From the NCBI GenBank assembly GCA_964533715.1, contig CAZHNI010000001.1, positions 5,514 through 69,513 on the forward strand: DNA of 64,000 nucleotides. The letters run 5' to 3'. Made by a program: the position numbers and the translations under genes. A model generated the notes under the pieces. The model searched no databases. It worked only from the letters and a program-made list of their open reading frames with translations, and was not told the origin of the DNA. Below, piece by piece: positions 48,524 to 58,933 of this stretch (position 1 is the first letter of the stretch; each line of letters opens with the position of its first letter). This DNA is from an uncultured Gammaproteobacteria bacterium (GTDB taxonomy: Bacteria; Patescibacteriota; Patescibacteriia; Magasanikbacterales; GWA2-37-8).

Positions 48524-48533
48524 AAGATTTTGT

Positions 48534-49583
48534 ATGTTTGCGAATGTATTTAAAAAATTGCGACGAGAACTGGGGATTGATCTGGGAACGGCCAATACCC
48601 TTATTTATGTAAAAGGACGTGGCATTGTAATTAACGAACCAAGCGTGGTGGCGGTAAATACTCGTACCGAACAGATTTTGGCTGTAGGGCACGAAGCCAA
48701 AGAAATGCTTGGTAAAACCCCGCCGCATATTGTAACTACGCGCCCGTTAACCGGGGGTATTATTTCGGATTTTGAAGTAGCGGAAAAAATGCTTAAATAT
48801 TTTATCGATAAGGTATACGAGGACGGCGGTTTAAATTTTCTGTCACGTCCCCGAGTTATTATTGGTGCCCCGGTAGATATTACCGAAGTGGAACGGCGCG
48901 CCATTGCTGATGCGGTAATAAGCGCGGGGGCTCGCGAAGTTTGGATTGTAGAAGAACCTATGGCTGCGGCGATAGGTTCAAGAATGCCGGTACGAGAGCC
49001 AGTTGGTAATTTGATTGTCGAAATTGGCGGGGGAACCTGTGAAATTGCAGTTATTTCCCTCAGTGGTATTACCACTCGCAAATCTATAAAAATTGCCGGT
49101 GATGAACTGAACCGTAATATTATGAATTACGCCCGTGATGTATTTGGTTTACTACTTGGCGAAAGGCAGGCCGAAGAAATAAAAATTAAAGTTGGTTCGG
49201 CAGTTGAACTAACTGAACACATTGAGTTTCCTATGCGCGGTCGAGATATTGTAAGCGGGTTACCGAAAGAAATAATGATTAACGATGGTCAAGTGCGCGA
49301 AGCAATTATAAAGTCCCTCCGTACCATTGTAGAAAATATTAAAAGTATTCTCGAAATTACTCCTCCGGAACTTGTGGCCGATATTCACGAGCGTGGCATT
49401 CTTCTCTCAGGGGGCGGAGCGCTTTTGCGAGGTATGGATCAGTTAATTCACCGCGCGCTGGAAATTCCGGTTCGCATTGCTGATGATCCGCTTACTGCAG
49501 TGGTGCGAGGTACTGGAATTTTGCTTGATGAGGATGATCTTCTTAAAGAGGTAGCTATTTATCCCGATCATTCTTCACGTTAA
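48534..49583 (+). CDS. mreB: rod-shape-determining actin homologue MreB
   Basis: Actin-fold phosphate motifs IGIDLGTANTLIYV and GGGTCEIAVISLSG; start at ATG 48534. Confidence 0.88.
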   Translation: MFANVFKKLRRELGIDLGTANTLIYVKGRGIVINEPSVVAVNTRTEQILAVGHEAKEMLGKTPPHIVTTRPLTGGIISDFEVAEKMLKYFIDKVYEDGGLNFLSRPRVIIGAPVDITEVERRAIADAVISAGAREVWIVEEPMAAAIGSRMPVREPVGNLIVEIGGGTCEIAVISLSGITTRKSIKIAGDELNRNIMNYARDVFGLLLGERQAEEIKIKVGSAVELTEHIEFPMRGRDIVSGLPKEIMINDGQVREAIIKSLRTIVENIKSILEITPPELVADIHERGILLSGGGALLRGMDQLIHRALEIPVRIADDPLTAVVRGTGILLDEDDLLKEVAIYPDHSSR

Positions 49584-49592
49584 AATACATGT

Positions 49593-50402
49593 ATGCAGAG
49601 AAGAACCGCGCACAATAGACGGGTTGGTTTGATTGTTGGCTTCATTCTTTTTGTATTAATTGGAATGCACTATATTGGCTGGCTCGGTACCATTGAAGAA
49701 CTAATCCGCACGCTCAGTTTCCCTGTTTTTAGAAGTGTTTATAATACCGGAGCTTTTATTCGTGACAAGGCTTCTTTCTGGCGCGGGCGCAGCGAGCTCG
49801 TTAGTGCTCTTCAGACCTGTCGACAAAATGCGAGCATAACCCAATTACAGGTGGCTGATGTAAAAAAGTTAAAGGATGAAAATGATGATTTACGTAAACA
49901 ACTGCACCTCTTGCTCCATTCGCAAACCCCCATGATTATAGCAGAAGTGGTAGGAAAGGATATTACTAATGAACAACAACTGCTTTTATTAAATAAAGGG
50001 GAGCGTGCTGGCATAAAAGTCGGCTACCCAGTTGTGGTTGACGAAGGTGTGTTGGTGGGAAAAGTTATTAAAGTAACGCCAGATGCCTCGTGGATTTTAC
50101 TTATTAATGATAACCAGAGTAAAGTGGCGGCCACGATTTTAAATAAGGATAAGAGTTTGGGTGTAGTTGAAGGTGGCTATGGTATTAGTCTCCAAATGAA
50201 ATTAATTCCCCGTAATGAAACCGTAGCGGTGGGGGATCAGGTGATGACCTCTGGTCTTGAAAAAAACATTCCACGCGGGCTTTTGATTGGATCGGTTTCG
50301 GTTGTAGAGAATGAAGCTTACCAGCCATTTCAACAGGCTCTTATCGATCCACCGCACGATCTCTCAAAAATTTTTATTGTAGGCGTTCTCCAAACAAATT
50401 AG
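49593..50402 (+). CDS. mreC: rod-shape-determining protein MreC
   Basis: N-terminal TM helix, coiled coil, and a beta-rich C-terminal domain (GYPVVVDEGVLVGKV...) immediately after mreB. Confidence 0.65.
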   Translation: MQRRTAHNRRVGLIVGFILFVLIGMHYIGWLGTIEELIRTLSFPVFRSVYNTGAFIRDKASFWRGRSELVSALQTCRQNASITQLQVADVKKLKDENDDLRKQLHLLLHSQTPMIIAEVVGKDITNEQQLLLLNKGERAGIKVGYPVVVDEGVLVGKVIKVTPDASWILLINDNQSKVAATILNKDKSLGVVEGGYGISLQMKLIPRNETVAVGDQVMTSGLEKNIPRGLLIGSVSVVENEAYQPFQQALIDPPHDLSKIFIVGVLQTN

Positions 50403-50406
50403 GCAT

Positions 50407-50931
50407 ATGAAATTTTTACAGACGCTGTGGCAAATTGGCGTGGCACTTTTTTTTATTTTGCTCCAAGTGAGCATTACAATTCTTTTTCCGCATTTATTGG
50501 TTAACTTTAATATTATTTTAATTGCCGCTATTTGTTGGATTCTACTCAGACAATCTTATGAGCCAATAATTTGGTCCTTATTTTTACAATTGATATTGGA
50601 AATTTTTGGAGTTTTACCATTTGGTACTAGTCTTATACCGCTTGCAGTATCTTTATTTTTAGTACACAAAATGGTTCAAACTATATTTACTAATCGTTCG
50701 CTCTACATGGTTTTTATAGCTAGTGCTATAGGAATAATGCTATTTCAAATTATTTTTATTCTTTTGCGTTGGGGAATAACCGTATGGAATGGTGGGCAAT
50801 ACTATTTTTCAATTCAATTTTTTGTGGACACTTTTAAAATGTGGTTTATTCAAACAGCTATCGTGGCAATTTTTTATTTTATTATATTTCGATTAAGCTC
50901 TGCGCGGAGTCCAAAGTTTATCCATCTATAA
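50407..50931 (+). CDS. mreD: MreD-like polytopic membrane protein
   Basis: Position after mreC and five TM helices. Confidence 0.45.
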   Translation: MKFLQTLWQIGVALFFILLQVSITILFPHLLVNFNIILIAAICWILLRQSYEPIIWSLFLQLILEIFGVLPFGTSLIPLAVSLFLVHKMVQTIFTNRSLYMVFIASAIGIMLFQIIFILLRWGITVWNGGQYYFSIQFFVDTFKMWFIQTAIVAIFYFIIFRLSSARSPKFIHL

Positions 50932-50938
50932 GCCACTT

Positions 50939-52921
50939 ATGTCCAGTAGCGATTTATTTAAAATAGGAAAAAATTTGGTAAAGAATGGCACGCTTGGTGG
51001 CAAATATCGTTATAATTGGGCGGAGGAATCATTTGATATCGAGGGTGAAAAACAGGCCCGTCTTGGAATAGGGCACACACGTCGTTTTTTAGGAGTTGGC
51101 ATATCAAAAAGAGCTTTGTTTATTTTTGCTATTTTTATTGCGTTTATTTCGCTCATTATTTTTGGGCGCATAATTTACCTCCAAGTGGGCAAGGGTTCAT
51201 TTTATCGCACATTGGCAGAAGGAAATCGTAATCGATTAGAAAGAATTACTCCAGAACGGGGCATTATCTATGATGTTTCTGGTAAACAGTTAGTCTCTAA
51301 TATTCCTAATTTTTCATTAGTTTTTGTACCACGTGATTTACCCAGAAACCAGACGGAGCGCTACTCTTTAATTGAAAAAGTTAGTTCAATGAGCGGTATC
51401 ACCGTAACTGATTTGTTGGCTTTGATTAGTGAAGCTAGCCCATACGGAAGCGAACCAATTGTTTTAAAAGAAAATATTGATTATGAATCAGCTTTGGCTC
51501 TTTATGTAGCGAATGCCGATTTGCCAGGAATAAGTATTATTAGTGGCATGCGTAGACATTACGGTTTAATAAATTCTTCCATATCCAGTAGCACTCTTAG
51601 TTTGTCTCATATTTTGGGCTATACGGGAAAACTTTCTCCACAAGAATTGAAAGATTTAAGTTCTGAAGGGTATGTACCAACCGATAAAATTGGAAAAAGC
51701 GGAATTGAGAAGATGTATGAAGATGATTTGCGTGGTGTGTATGGTAGAAAGCGTGTGGAGGTGGATGCATTTGGGAAAGAAAGAACTGTTTTGGCAGTCG
51801 ATCCACCACAGCCAGGGAAAAATGTATATCTTACCATTGATATTGAGGCACAGAGTGTGCTCGAGAGGTTAATTAAACAATCATCAGAAAAAACGGGGAG
51901 AAGAAAGTTTGCCGCTATCGCAATGAATCCTCAAAATGGTCATATTTTGGCAATGGTTAGCTGGCCAGCTTTTGATAATAATGAATTTGCCAACGGCATT
52001 CGGCAACAAACTTACTCAGCATATATTTCGGACCCAGACCAGCCACTGTTTAATCGGGTAATTGCTGGTACTTTTCCATCCGGTTCAACGGCAAAATTAG
52101 TAGTAGCGGCGGCGGCGCTGGAAGAAAAAGTAATAACACAGAATACAGTTTTTAATAGTGTTGGTGGGCTTCATGTGGGAAAATGGTACTTTAAAGATTG
52201 GAAAGCCGGAGGTCACGGTATTACTAATGTGACTAAGGCGCTGGCTTGGTCGGTGAATACTTTTTTTTATTATGTCGGCGGCGGGTACGATTCGTTTGTC
52301 GGTCTTGGGTTTGATCGTCTGAAACATTATATGTCTCTCTTTAATATTTCACAAAAAACCGGTATTGATTTGCCAGGAGAAAGTAGTGGCTTTTTACCAA
52401 CCAAAGAGTGGAAGCAAAAAACTAAAGGGGAACAATGGTATGTTGGTGATACTTACAACCTATCTATCGGGCAAGGTGATTTATTAGTTACACCACTTCA
52501 AGTGGCTATTTGGACGGCCGCCATTGCGAACGGTGGCAAGGTTATGTGGCCACATATTATTAATAAAATTGTTGATCCCACGACCCAAAAAGAAACTGTT
52601 GTATCCGATGTAACACTTCGAAAAGATTTTGTTTCACCTTCTAACATCGCGATAGTACAGCGCGGGCTTAGGGCCTGTGTTACTGATGGTAGTTGTAAGT
52701 TACTTGGGACGTTGCCATTTTTAGCAGCGGGCAAAACCGGTACAGCACAATGGAATAGTACTAAGCCAACCCATGCGTGGTTTACTTCTTTTGCCCCTTT
52801 TGATAAACCACAAATTGTGGTAACGATACTTGCCGAAGAAGGTGGTGAGGGAGCAACCGCGGCAATGCCGATTGCGCGTGATTTTTTGGCGTGGTGGGGA
52901 AAAAAGTATTTGTCTCTGTAA
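50939..52921 (+). CDS. mrdA: penicillin-binding protein 2 (elongasome transpeptidase)
   Basis: N-terminal TM helix, dimerisation domain, and transpeptidase motifs STAK (GSTAKL), SVN (SxN) and KTGTA. Confidence 0.8.
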   Translation: MSSSDLFKIGKNLVKNGTLGGKYRYNWAEESFDIEGEKQARLGIGHTRRFLGVGISKRALFIFAIFIAFISLIIFGRIIYLQVGKGSFYRTLAEGNRNRLERITPERGIIYDVSGKQLVSNIPNFSLVFVPRDLPRNQTERYSLIEKVSSMSGITVTDLLALISEASPYGSEPIVLKENIDYESALALYVANADLPGISIISGMRRHYGLINSSISSSTLSLSHILGYTGKLSPQELKDLSSEGYVPTDKIGKSGIEKMYEDDLRGVYGRKRVEVDAFGKERTVLAVDPPQPGKNVYLTIDIEAQSVLERLIKQSSEKTGRRKFAAIAMNPQNGHILAMVSWPAFDNNEFANGIRQQTYSAYISDPDQPLFNRVIAGTFPSGSTAKLVVAAAALEEKVITQNTVFNSVGGLHVGKWYFKDWKAGGHGITNVTKALAWSVNTFFYYVGGGYDSFVGLGFDRLKHYMSLFNISQKTGIDLPGESSGFLPTKEWKQKTKGEQWYVGDTYNLSIGQGDLLVTPLQVAIWTAAIANGGKVMWPHIINKIVDPTTQKETVVSDVTLRKDFVSPSNIAIVQRGLRACVTDGSCKLLGTLPFLAAGKTGTAQWNSTKPTHAWFTSFAPFDKPQIVVTILAEEGGEGATAAMPIARDFLAWWGKKYLSL

Positions 52922-52928
52922 AATTAAT

Positions 52929-52957
52929 TTGACAGAGACTTGCTATCTGTTTATACT
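52929..52957 (+). promoter_or_regulatory. sigma-70-like promoter TTGACA-N17-TATACT upstream of greA
   Basis: Perfect -35, 17-nt spacer and a near-consensus -10. Confidence 0.45.
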
Positions 52958-52987
52958 ATTTAACATACTTATTTTTATTTAATTTTT

Positions 52988-53449
52988 ATGGATGATCCTA
53001 TTCAATATCTTTCAGCGGAGAGTTTAGCAACGCTTAATAAAGAATACGAAGACTTAAAGAATATAAAAATTCCAGAAATTGCCAAGCGCATTGATGAAGC
53101 TAAACAACAAGGCGACTTGTCAGAAAATGCTGAGTACCATCAAGCACGCGAGGATATGTCGTGGGCTCAAGGTAGATTGGTTGAGCTCGAACAAATTATT
53201 AAAAATGCAAAGGTTATTGTTAAACAGTCATCGGGTGTCGTATCGGTTGGAAGCGTTTTGGTAGTAGAAACAAATAAACAGAAGAAAACCTACACCATTG
53301 TTGGCCCGCAAGAGATTAATCCGGCTAAAGGCCTTATTTCCAACGAATCACCGCTTGGCGAGGCATTTTTGGGGCATAAGGTAGGGGATAGCGTTGAAGT
53401 AACTGTCCCGTCAGGAAAGATGAAGTATACCATTCTCGAAATTAAATGA
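52988..53449 (+). CDS. greA: transcription elongation factor GreA
   Basis: N-terminal coiled coil with conserved acidic tip (DLSENAEY) and a C-terminal FKBP-like domain. Confidence 0.85.
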   Translation: MDDPIQYLSAESLATLNKEYEDLKNIKIPEIAKRIDEAKQQGDLSENAEYHQAREDMSWAQGRLVELEQIIKNAKVIVKQSSGVVSVGSVLVVETNKQKKTYTIVGPQEINPAKGLISNESPLGEAFLGHKVGDSVEVTVPSGKMKYTILEIK

Positions 53450-53494
53450 GACTTACAAAATAGCTTAAATTAGGGAAAATTTTAAAATAAACAG

Positions 53495-53523
53495 GCACAC
53501 CAAAAAGACGGTGTGTCTTTTTT
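53495..53523 (+). terminator. rho-independent terminator after greA
   Basis: GCACACC-aaaaagac-GGTGTGTC hairpin followed by TTTTTT. Confidence 0.5.
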
Positions 53524-53550
53524 GACGATTTTATTAATTTCAGGTATACT
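53522..53550 (+). promoter_or_regulatory. sigma-70-like promoter TTGACG-N17-TATACT upstream of lysS
   Basis: Same consensus as the greA and atp promoters. Confidence 0.45.
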
Positions 53551-53579
53551 TTTATGGACTTTTCTTAATTTAAATTGAT

Positions 53580-55067
53580 ATGTCAGCCCAAAACAAGCCA
53601 ACTGATGCGAGCCTTCTTAAAGAAGATGCTATTCGGCTTGAACACCTAAAGCGTTTACAAGAAAACAATATTAATCCGTACCCTACAACAGCCGAGCGTT
53701 CTCACACCCTCGAAGAAGCCCGCCTACTCCCATCTGGTACAGCGGTTACAGTGGTAGGGCGAATTATGGCGCGCCGTGAAATGGGAAAAATTACCTTTTG
53801 TCATCTCAAAGATTTTTCTGGGCGCTTGCAAATTGCTTTTTCGGAAGTTGAACTAGGTAAAGAATCATATAAATTTTTTATTAAAAATTTTGACTGCGGC
53901 GATCTGTTCCAAATAAGTGGGGAAATGTTTGTAACGCACAAGGGTGAAGTTTCGGTTTTAGTAAAAAAATACACCGTGCTCGCCAAGAGTTTGTTGCCGC
54001 TTCCAGAAAAATTTCATGGTTTAACCGATATTGAGCAACGTTATCGTAGACGTTACTTGGATTTAATTTCCAATGAGGATGCAATGCGCATCGCCAAAAT
54101 GCGCAGTGATCTTGTTAGACATATCCGAAATTATTTTGATGCCAAAGATTTTTTTGAAGTGGAAACGCCGGTATTACAAACACTTTATGGTGGTGCTTTG
54201 GCCAAACCATTTGTGACCCATCACAACGCGCTTGATATTCCTCTATATCTCCGCATTGCACCGGAACTATACCTAAAACGGCTTATTGTTGGCGGGTTTG
54301 AGGCTGTATACGAAATTGCCAAATGTTTTCGTAATGAAGGTATTGATCACAATCATAACCCGGAATTTACCCAAATTGAATTTTATTGGGCCTACAAAAA
54401 TTATCGCGATTTAATGGATTTAATGGAAGATCTACTCCCACATCTTATTAAAAAATTAGGGTTATCCCTTAAAATGAAAATTGGCAACGATGCGGTTGAT
54501 TTTACTCCTCCGTATCCACGCGTTTCCATGCGAGAACTAATACAACAATACGCAAAAATTGATATTGAAGATTTTCCTGATCGCGAGTCGCTCTTTGCAC
54601 AAGCCAAAAAATTAAAAGTAGATGACGTGGATGAAACTATGGATCGCGGAACATTAATTGATGAAATTTATAAAAAATTTGCCCGACCAAATATTATCAA
54701 CCCGGTTTTCATGATAGATCACCCGGTTGAGCTGTCACCACTTGCCAAACGAAAGCCCGAAAATCCACTCTATGTAGAACGTTTTCAACTGCTGTGCGTG
54801 GGTGGCAACGAACTCTGTAATGCATTTACCGAGTTGAATGACCCGCTCGACCAGGAGGCGCGTTTTAAAGAACAAGTACAAAATAAAGAAGCCGGGAATG
54901 ACGAAAGCATGCCCTATGATGAAGATTTTGTAACCGCGCTCAAGTATGGCATGCCGCCAACCGCTGGTCTTGGTATGGGAATTGATCGCTTGGTGAAACT
55001 ACTGACTAACGTCGACAACCTTAAAGAGGTTATTCTGTTTCCCACCATGCGGCCGGAGCAGAAATAA
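53580..55067 (+). CDS. lysS: lysyl-tRNA synthetase, class II
   Basis: OB-fold anticodon-binding N-terminus plus class II motifs 1-3 (FRNEG..., GGNELCNAFTELNDP, GMGIDRLV). Confidence 0.88.
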   Translation: MSAQNKPTDASLLKEDAIRLEHLKRLQENNINPYPTTAERSHTLEEARLLPSGTAVTVVGRIMARREMGKITFCHLKDFSGRLQIAFSEVELGKESYKFFIKNFDCGDLFQISGEMFVTHKGEVSVLVKKYTVLAKSLLPLPEKFHGLTDIEQRYRRRYLDLISNEDAMRIAKMRSDLVRHIRNYFDAKDFFEVETPVLQTLYGGALAKPFVTHHNALDIPLYLRIAPELYLKRLIVGGFEAVYEIAKCFRNEGIDHNHNPEFTQIEFYWAYKNYRDLMDLMEDLLPHLIKKLGLSLKMKIGNDAVDFTPPYPRVSMRELIQQYAKIDIEDFPDRESLFAQAKKLKVDDVDETMDRGTLIDEIYKKFARPNIINPVFMIDHPVELSPLAKRKPENPLYVERFQLLCVGGNELCNAFTELNDPLDQEARFKEQVQNKEAGNDESMPYDEDFVTALKYGMPPTAGLGMGIDRLVKLLTNVDNLKEVILFPTMRPEQK

Positions 55068-55071
55068 ATGT

Positions 55072-55467
55072 ATGAAAAAAGTAATGGTGTTTGGGACATT
55101 CGACATTTTACATCCCGGTCACACTCATATGCTTAAAGAGGCGAAAGAATATGGTGACTATTTTGTTGTTGTTGTTAGTCGTGATGAGACAGTGTGCCAA
55201 CTGAAAGGAAAACCTCCAAAAAATTCAGAAAATTTACGATTAAAGCAGGTAGAAGCCTTAGGCATAGCCGATAAAGTGAGATTAGGTTGTTTGGACGACA
55301 AACATCAGGCGGTTAAAGAGGAAGATCCTGACATTGTGGCCATAGGCTATGATCAAAAGTTTTTTTTAGATGATCTAGAAAAAAGCTTAAAAAGTTCTGC
55401 TCAGATAGTACGGCTGACCCCTTTTAAACCGGAAATTTACAAAAGCTCAAAATTACGACATGATTAA
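55072..55467 (+). CDS. cytidylyltransferase-like HxGH nucleotidyltransferase (RibL/TagD family)
   Basis: GTFDILHPGH motif and ~130 aa length. Confidence 0.5.
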   Translation: MKKVMVFGTFDILHPGHTHMLKEAKEYGDYFVVVVSRDETVCQLKGKPPKNSENLRLKQVEALGIADKVRLGCLDDKHQAVKEEDPDIVAIGYDQKFFLDDLEKSLKSSAQIVRLTPFKPEIYKSSKLRHD

Positions 55468-56485
55468 AATTCTTTTTGCCACCACCAACGAAGGAAAATT
55501 TAAAGAACTTCTTACCGAAGTAGGGGATTTACCATTTAAATTTGTAAGTCTTAAAGATGTTGGGCTTAGCGGCTATTTGGTAGACGAACCATTTGAAACT
55601 ACCTGGGAAAATGCCGTTCACAAATCACAAGAATATGGCAAGAAGAGCGGTCTCATTACATTTTCTGAGGACACTGGTTTTTTTGTTCAGGCACTCAAAG
55701 GAGCCCCAGGGGTAAAAGCGCATCGCTATGCCAACTCGCCAAACGAACGCGTAAGCAAAGTTTTGCAATCGCTTAAAAATGTACCGGAAAAAAAACGCCA
55801 GGCATATTTTGAAGCAAGCGGATGTTTGTATAATCCAAAAAACGATTCTTTTACAATTTTAAGAGGCAAAGTTAAAGGGTTCATCACAACACGGATGATT
55901 GGTCAAAACGAACTGGGAATGACCTACGATGCTATTTTTTACTATCCACCACTTAAAAAAACTTTTTCTCAAATTTCAATTCAAGACAAGAATTTAATTA
56001 GCCACCGCGGTAAAATTATTAACCAACTCCGTATTTTTTTACTCCGCAACTACGGGTTTAAACAAATTATTGTCCCCATTGCTTTTGTAGTAAAGAATCG
56101 CAAATTACTTCTTCTCAAACGCCGCGACCATCGTAAGAATCTCAACGAACGGTGGGAATTTCCGGGCGGGGGAATAGAGAATGGTGAAAGCGTAGAAAAA
56201 GCAATTGTGCGGGAAACAAAGGAAGAAAGCGGGTTTACGGTCGACATCACCAAACAACTAACGGGAATACCTACCATTGTGCGTAAAGCACAAAATGATC
56301 CATTTCAAATTTTTTTAGTGCCATTTTTGTGTTCTGTAAAAAGTGGCAAGTTAAAAATTGCTCCGCATGAAGCATCCGAAGCAGGCTGGTTTACTATTAA
56401 AGAATCTTTAGCTTTAAATCAATTTCCACTTAATAAAAAAATAATTCGTCAACATTTATCATTACTTAAAAAATATATTGATTAA
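55460..56485 (+). CDS. fusion of Ham1/RdgB-type non-canonical NTP pyrophosphatase (N-terminal) and NUDIX hydrolase (C-terminal)
   Basis: N-terminal ILFATTNEGKFKEL...SEDTGFFV Ham1 signature. C-terminal Nudix box GGGIENGESVEKAIVRETKEESGF. Confidence 0.65.
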   Translation: MIKILFATTNEGKFKELLTEVGDLPFKFVSLKDVGLSGYLVDEPFETTWENAVHKSQEYGKKSGLITFSEDTGFFVQALKGAPGVKAHRYANSPNERVSKVLQSLKNVPEKKRQAYFEASGCLYNPKNDSFTILRGKVKGFITTRMIGQNELGMTYDAIFYYPPLKKTFSQISIQDKNLISHRGKIINQLRIFLLRNYGFKQIIVPIAFVVKNRKLLLLKRRDHRKNLNERWEFPGGGIENGESVEKAIVRETKEESGFTVDITKQLTGIPTIVRKAQNDPFQIFLVPFLCSVKSGKLKIAPHEASEAGWFTIKESLALNQFPLNKKIIRQHLSLLKKYID

Positions 56486-56491
56486 TAACAT

Positions 56492-57775
56492 ATGATAGAC
56501 ATAAAATTTATTCGAGAGAGTAGGGCGCTCGTTGAAAAAAATAATACAGCCCGTCGCGTTTCCATTGACTTGGACGCTTTGTTAGCGCTTGATGCAGAAT
56601 ATCTTGATTTGCAAAAAAAGGCCGATGATTTACGCGCGAAACGAAATCAACGTTCCAAAACCAAACCAACAGATGAAGAGATAGCCCTAATGCGAAAATT
56701 AGGCGATGAAATAACGGATTTAGAGGGCCTGGCAAAAGAAAAATGGGATGATCTTAAACAACTTTTATATAAATTACCTAACTTTACGCACACTGATGTG
56801 CCTATTGGAAAGGATGATACGGAAAATAAAGTTGTGCGCAAAGTAGGGGAACCAAAAATATTTAATTTTAAACCTTTAGAACATTTCGAACTTGGTGAAA
56901 AGCTTGGGTTAATTGACCTCACAACCGCCGCTAAAGTTTCTGGTTCTCGGTTCGCATATCTTAAGGGGGCTCTAGCACTCCTCGAATTTGCTTTAGTTCA
57001 ACATGTTTTTTCCATTCTTACAAATGCAGAAATATTAGAAAAAATTATTACCGAAAATAAGCTCACTGTTTCTGCTAAACCTTTTTTACCAATTGTTCCG
57101 CCGGTAATGATTCGCCCCGATGTATTTGAAAAAATGGGCCGACTAGAACCACGTGAAGAGCGCTATCATTTGGACCAAGACGATATGTATTTGGTGGGGA
57201 GTGCGGAACACACCCTCGGCCCCATGCATATGGACAGCACTTTTACGGAAAGCGAACTGCCTGTACGCTATATTGGTTTTTCTACAGCGTTCCGTCGTGA
57301 GGCTGGTAGTTATGGTAAAGATACTAAGGGAATTTTTCGAGTTCATCAGTTTGATAAAATGGAGATGGAGTCATTTACTACTGCGGAGCAATCTGCTTCT
57401 GAGCAAGATCTTATATTGGCTATTCAAGAATATCTTATGCAATCGCTTGGTATCCCATATCAGGTATTACTTAAATGTACCGGCGACATGGGTTTGCCGG
57501 ATTACCGTGAGTATGATATTGAAGCTTGGTTGCCAGGGCAGGGAAAATATCGCGAAACACATACAGCCGATCTTATGACCGACTACCAATCGCGCCGTTT
57601 AAATATAAAGGTAAAACGATCTACCGGTAAAGCAGAGCTTGTTCACATGAATGACGCAACGGCTTTTGCCATTGGCAGGACTCTTATCGCCATCATGGAA
57701 AATTATCAGACCGAGGATGGCCATATTATTGTTCCAGAAGCTCTTAAAAAGTACGTTAGTTTTGACCGCATCTAA
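56492..57775 (+). CDS. serS: seryl-tRNA synthetase
   Basis: N-terminal coiled-coil arm plus class II core (FRREAGSYGKDTKGIFRVHQFDKME, and motif 3 GRTLIAIMENYQ). Confidence 0.88.
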   Translation: MIDIKFIRESRALVEKNNTARRVSIDLDALLALDAEYLDLQKKADDLRAKRNQRSKTKPTDEEIALMRKLGDEITDLEGLAKEKWDDLKQLLYKLPNFTHTDVPIGKDDTENKVVRKVGEPKIFNFKPLEHFELGEKLGLIDLTTAAKVSGSRFAYLKGALALLEFALVQHVFSILTNAEILEKIITENKLTVSAKPFLPIVPPVMIRPDVFEKMGRLEPREERYHLDQDDMYLVGSAEHTLGPMHMDSTFTESELPVRYIGFSTAFRREAGSYGKDTKGIFRVHQFDKMEMESFTTAEQSASEQDLILAIQEYLMQSLGIPYQVLLKCTGDMGLPDYREYDIEAWLPGQGKYRETHTADLMTDYQSRRLNIKVKRSTGKAELVHMNDATAFAIGRTLIAIMENYQTEDGHIIVPEALKKYVSFDRI

Positions 57776-57802
57776 ATAGGCATACGGTTTTGAGCTAAAA
57801 TT

Positions 57803-58933
57803 ATGAAAAACATGCAACCGCCGCTCACCTGGGTTGAAATAAGCCGTTCGGCTTTTAATTACAATATTTCAGCCTTCCGTAAACGTATTGGGAAAAAAGT
57901 GCTTCTCATGCCAGTTATAAAATCCAATGCATACGGGCATGATATTGTTTTGATTGGAAAGTTATGTGAAGCTAATGCTGATGTTGATAGAATTTGTGTG
58001 GTAAGTTTAGATGAAGCCTTGCTTTTGCGTAAAAATGGGATTACCAAACCCATTGTTATTCTAGCAATCTATTCTTTTGAAGAGCGCAAAATTGCTGAGG
58101 CAGTTCGTAAAAAAATTATTTTCCCTTTGTATACACGTGAACAAGCCAAGTTAATCCATACAGTTGCAAAGAGGCTCCACACAAAGGCCCTAGTTCATCT
58201 CAAAGTGGATATTGGGACATCCCGAATTGGCGTGCCCGTTGCAGAACTTCCTGTATTTTTAAAAGATATTAAAACATGTTCACATCTTATTTTTGATGGG
58301 GTGTTCGGGCATTTTGCCTCGAGCGAAGATGACGCCGAAAGAACAAATAAACAAAACAGCACTTTTCAAAAAGCACTCACAATTTTAAAAACAGCCGGCC
58401 TATCTGTTCCGGTACAACACGTTGCTTGTTCGGCTTCTACAACTTTACACGCAAAAACTCACTACAATGCAGTCCGTGTTGGCCTTGGAGTGTATGGTTT
58501 AGACCCTTCAGGTGCTTCCCGTAAGAAAATAGAATTAAAACCTATTCTGCAGTGGTTTACCACAATACTACAAACTAAAACCGTTCCAGCCGGCACTCAG
58601 GTGAGCTATGGCGGCACCTATACAACAAAACAAAAAACCACTCTTGCCACCCTTCCGGTAGGCTATTTTGACGGGTATGATAGGGGATTTTCTAATAATT
58701 CCGTTGTCCTAGTACGAGGAAAACGTTGCCCAGTTAGAGGGCGGGTATGCATGAATTTAAGCATAATTGACATTACTGGCGTTCCTAATGTTAAAGCAGG
58801 GGACACCGTAGTACTTCTTGGTACAAATAAAAAAGTAAATGTGAGCGCCGACGAGCTTGCCAAAAATATTAACACCATCAATTACGAGATAGTTACTCGA
58901 ATAAATCAGAACATTCCTCGGTTAGTTGTTTAA
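57803..58933 (+). CDS. alr: alanine racemase
   Basis: PLP-Lys motif VIKSNAYGHD and a C-terminal beta domain (SYGGTYT...VCMNLSIIDIT). Confidence 0.8.
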   Translation: MKNMQPPLTWVEISRSAFNYNISAFRKRIGKKVLLMPVIKSNAYGHDIVLIGKLCEANADVDRICVVSLDEALLLRKNGITKPIVILAIYSFEERKIAEAVRKKIIFPLYTREQAKLIHTVAKRLHTKALVHLKVDIGTSRIGVPVAELPVFLKDIKTCSHLIFDGVFGHFASSEDDAERTNKQNSTFQKALTILKTAGLSVPVQHVACSASTTLHAKTHYNAVRVGLGVYGLDPSGASRKKIELKPILQWFTTILQTKTVPAGTQVSYGGTYTTKQKTTLATLPVGYFDGYDRGFSNNSVVLVRGKRCPVRGRVCMNLSIIDITGVPNVKAGDTVVLLGTNKKVNVSADELAKNINTINYEIVTRINQNIPRLVV

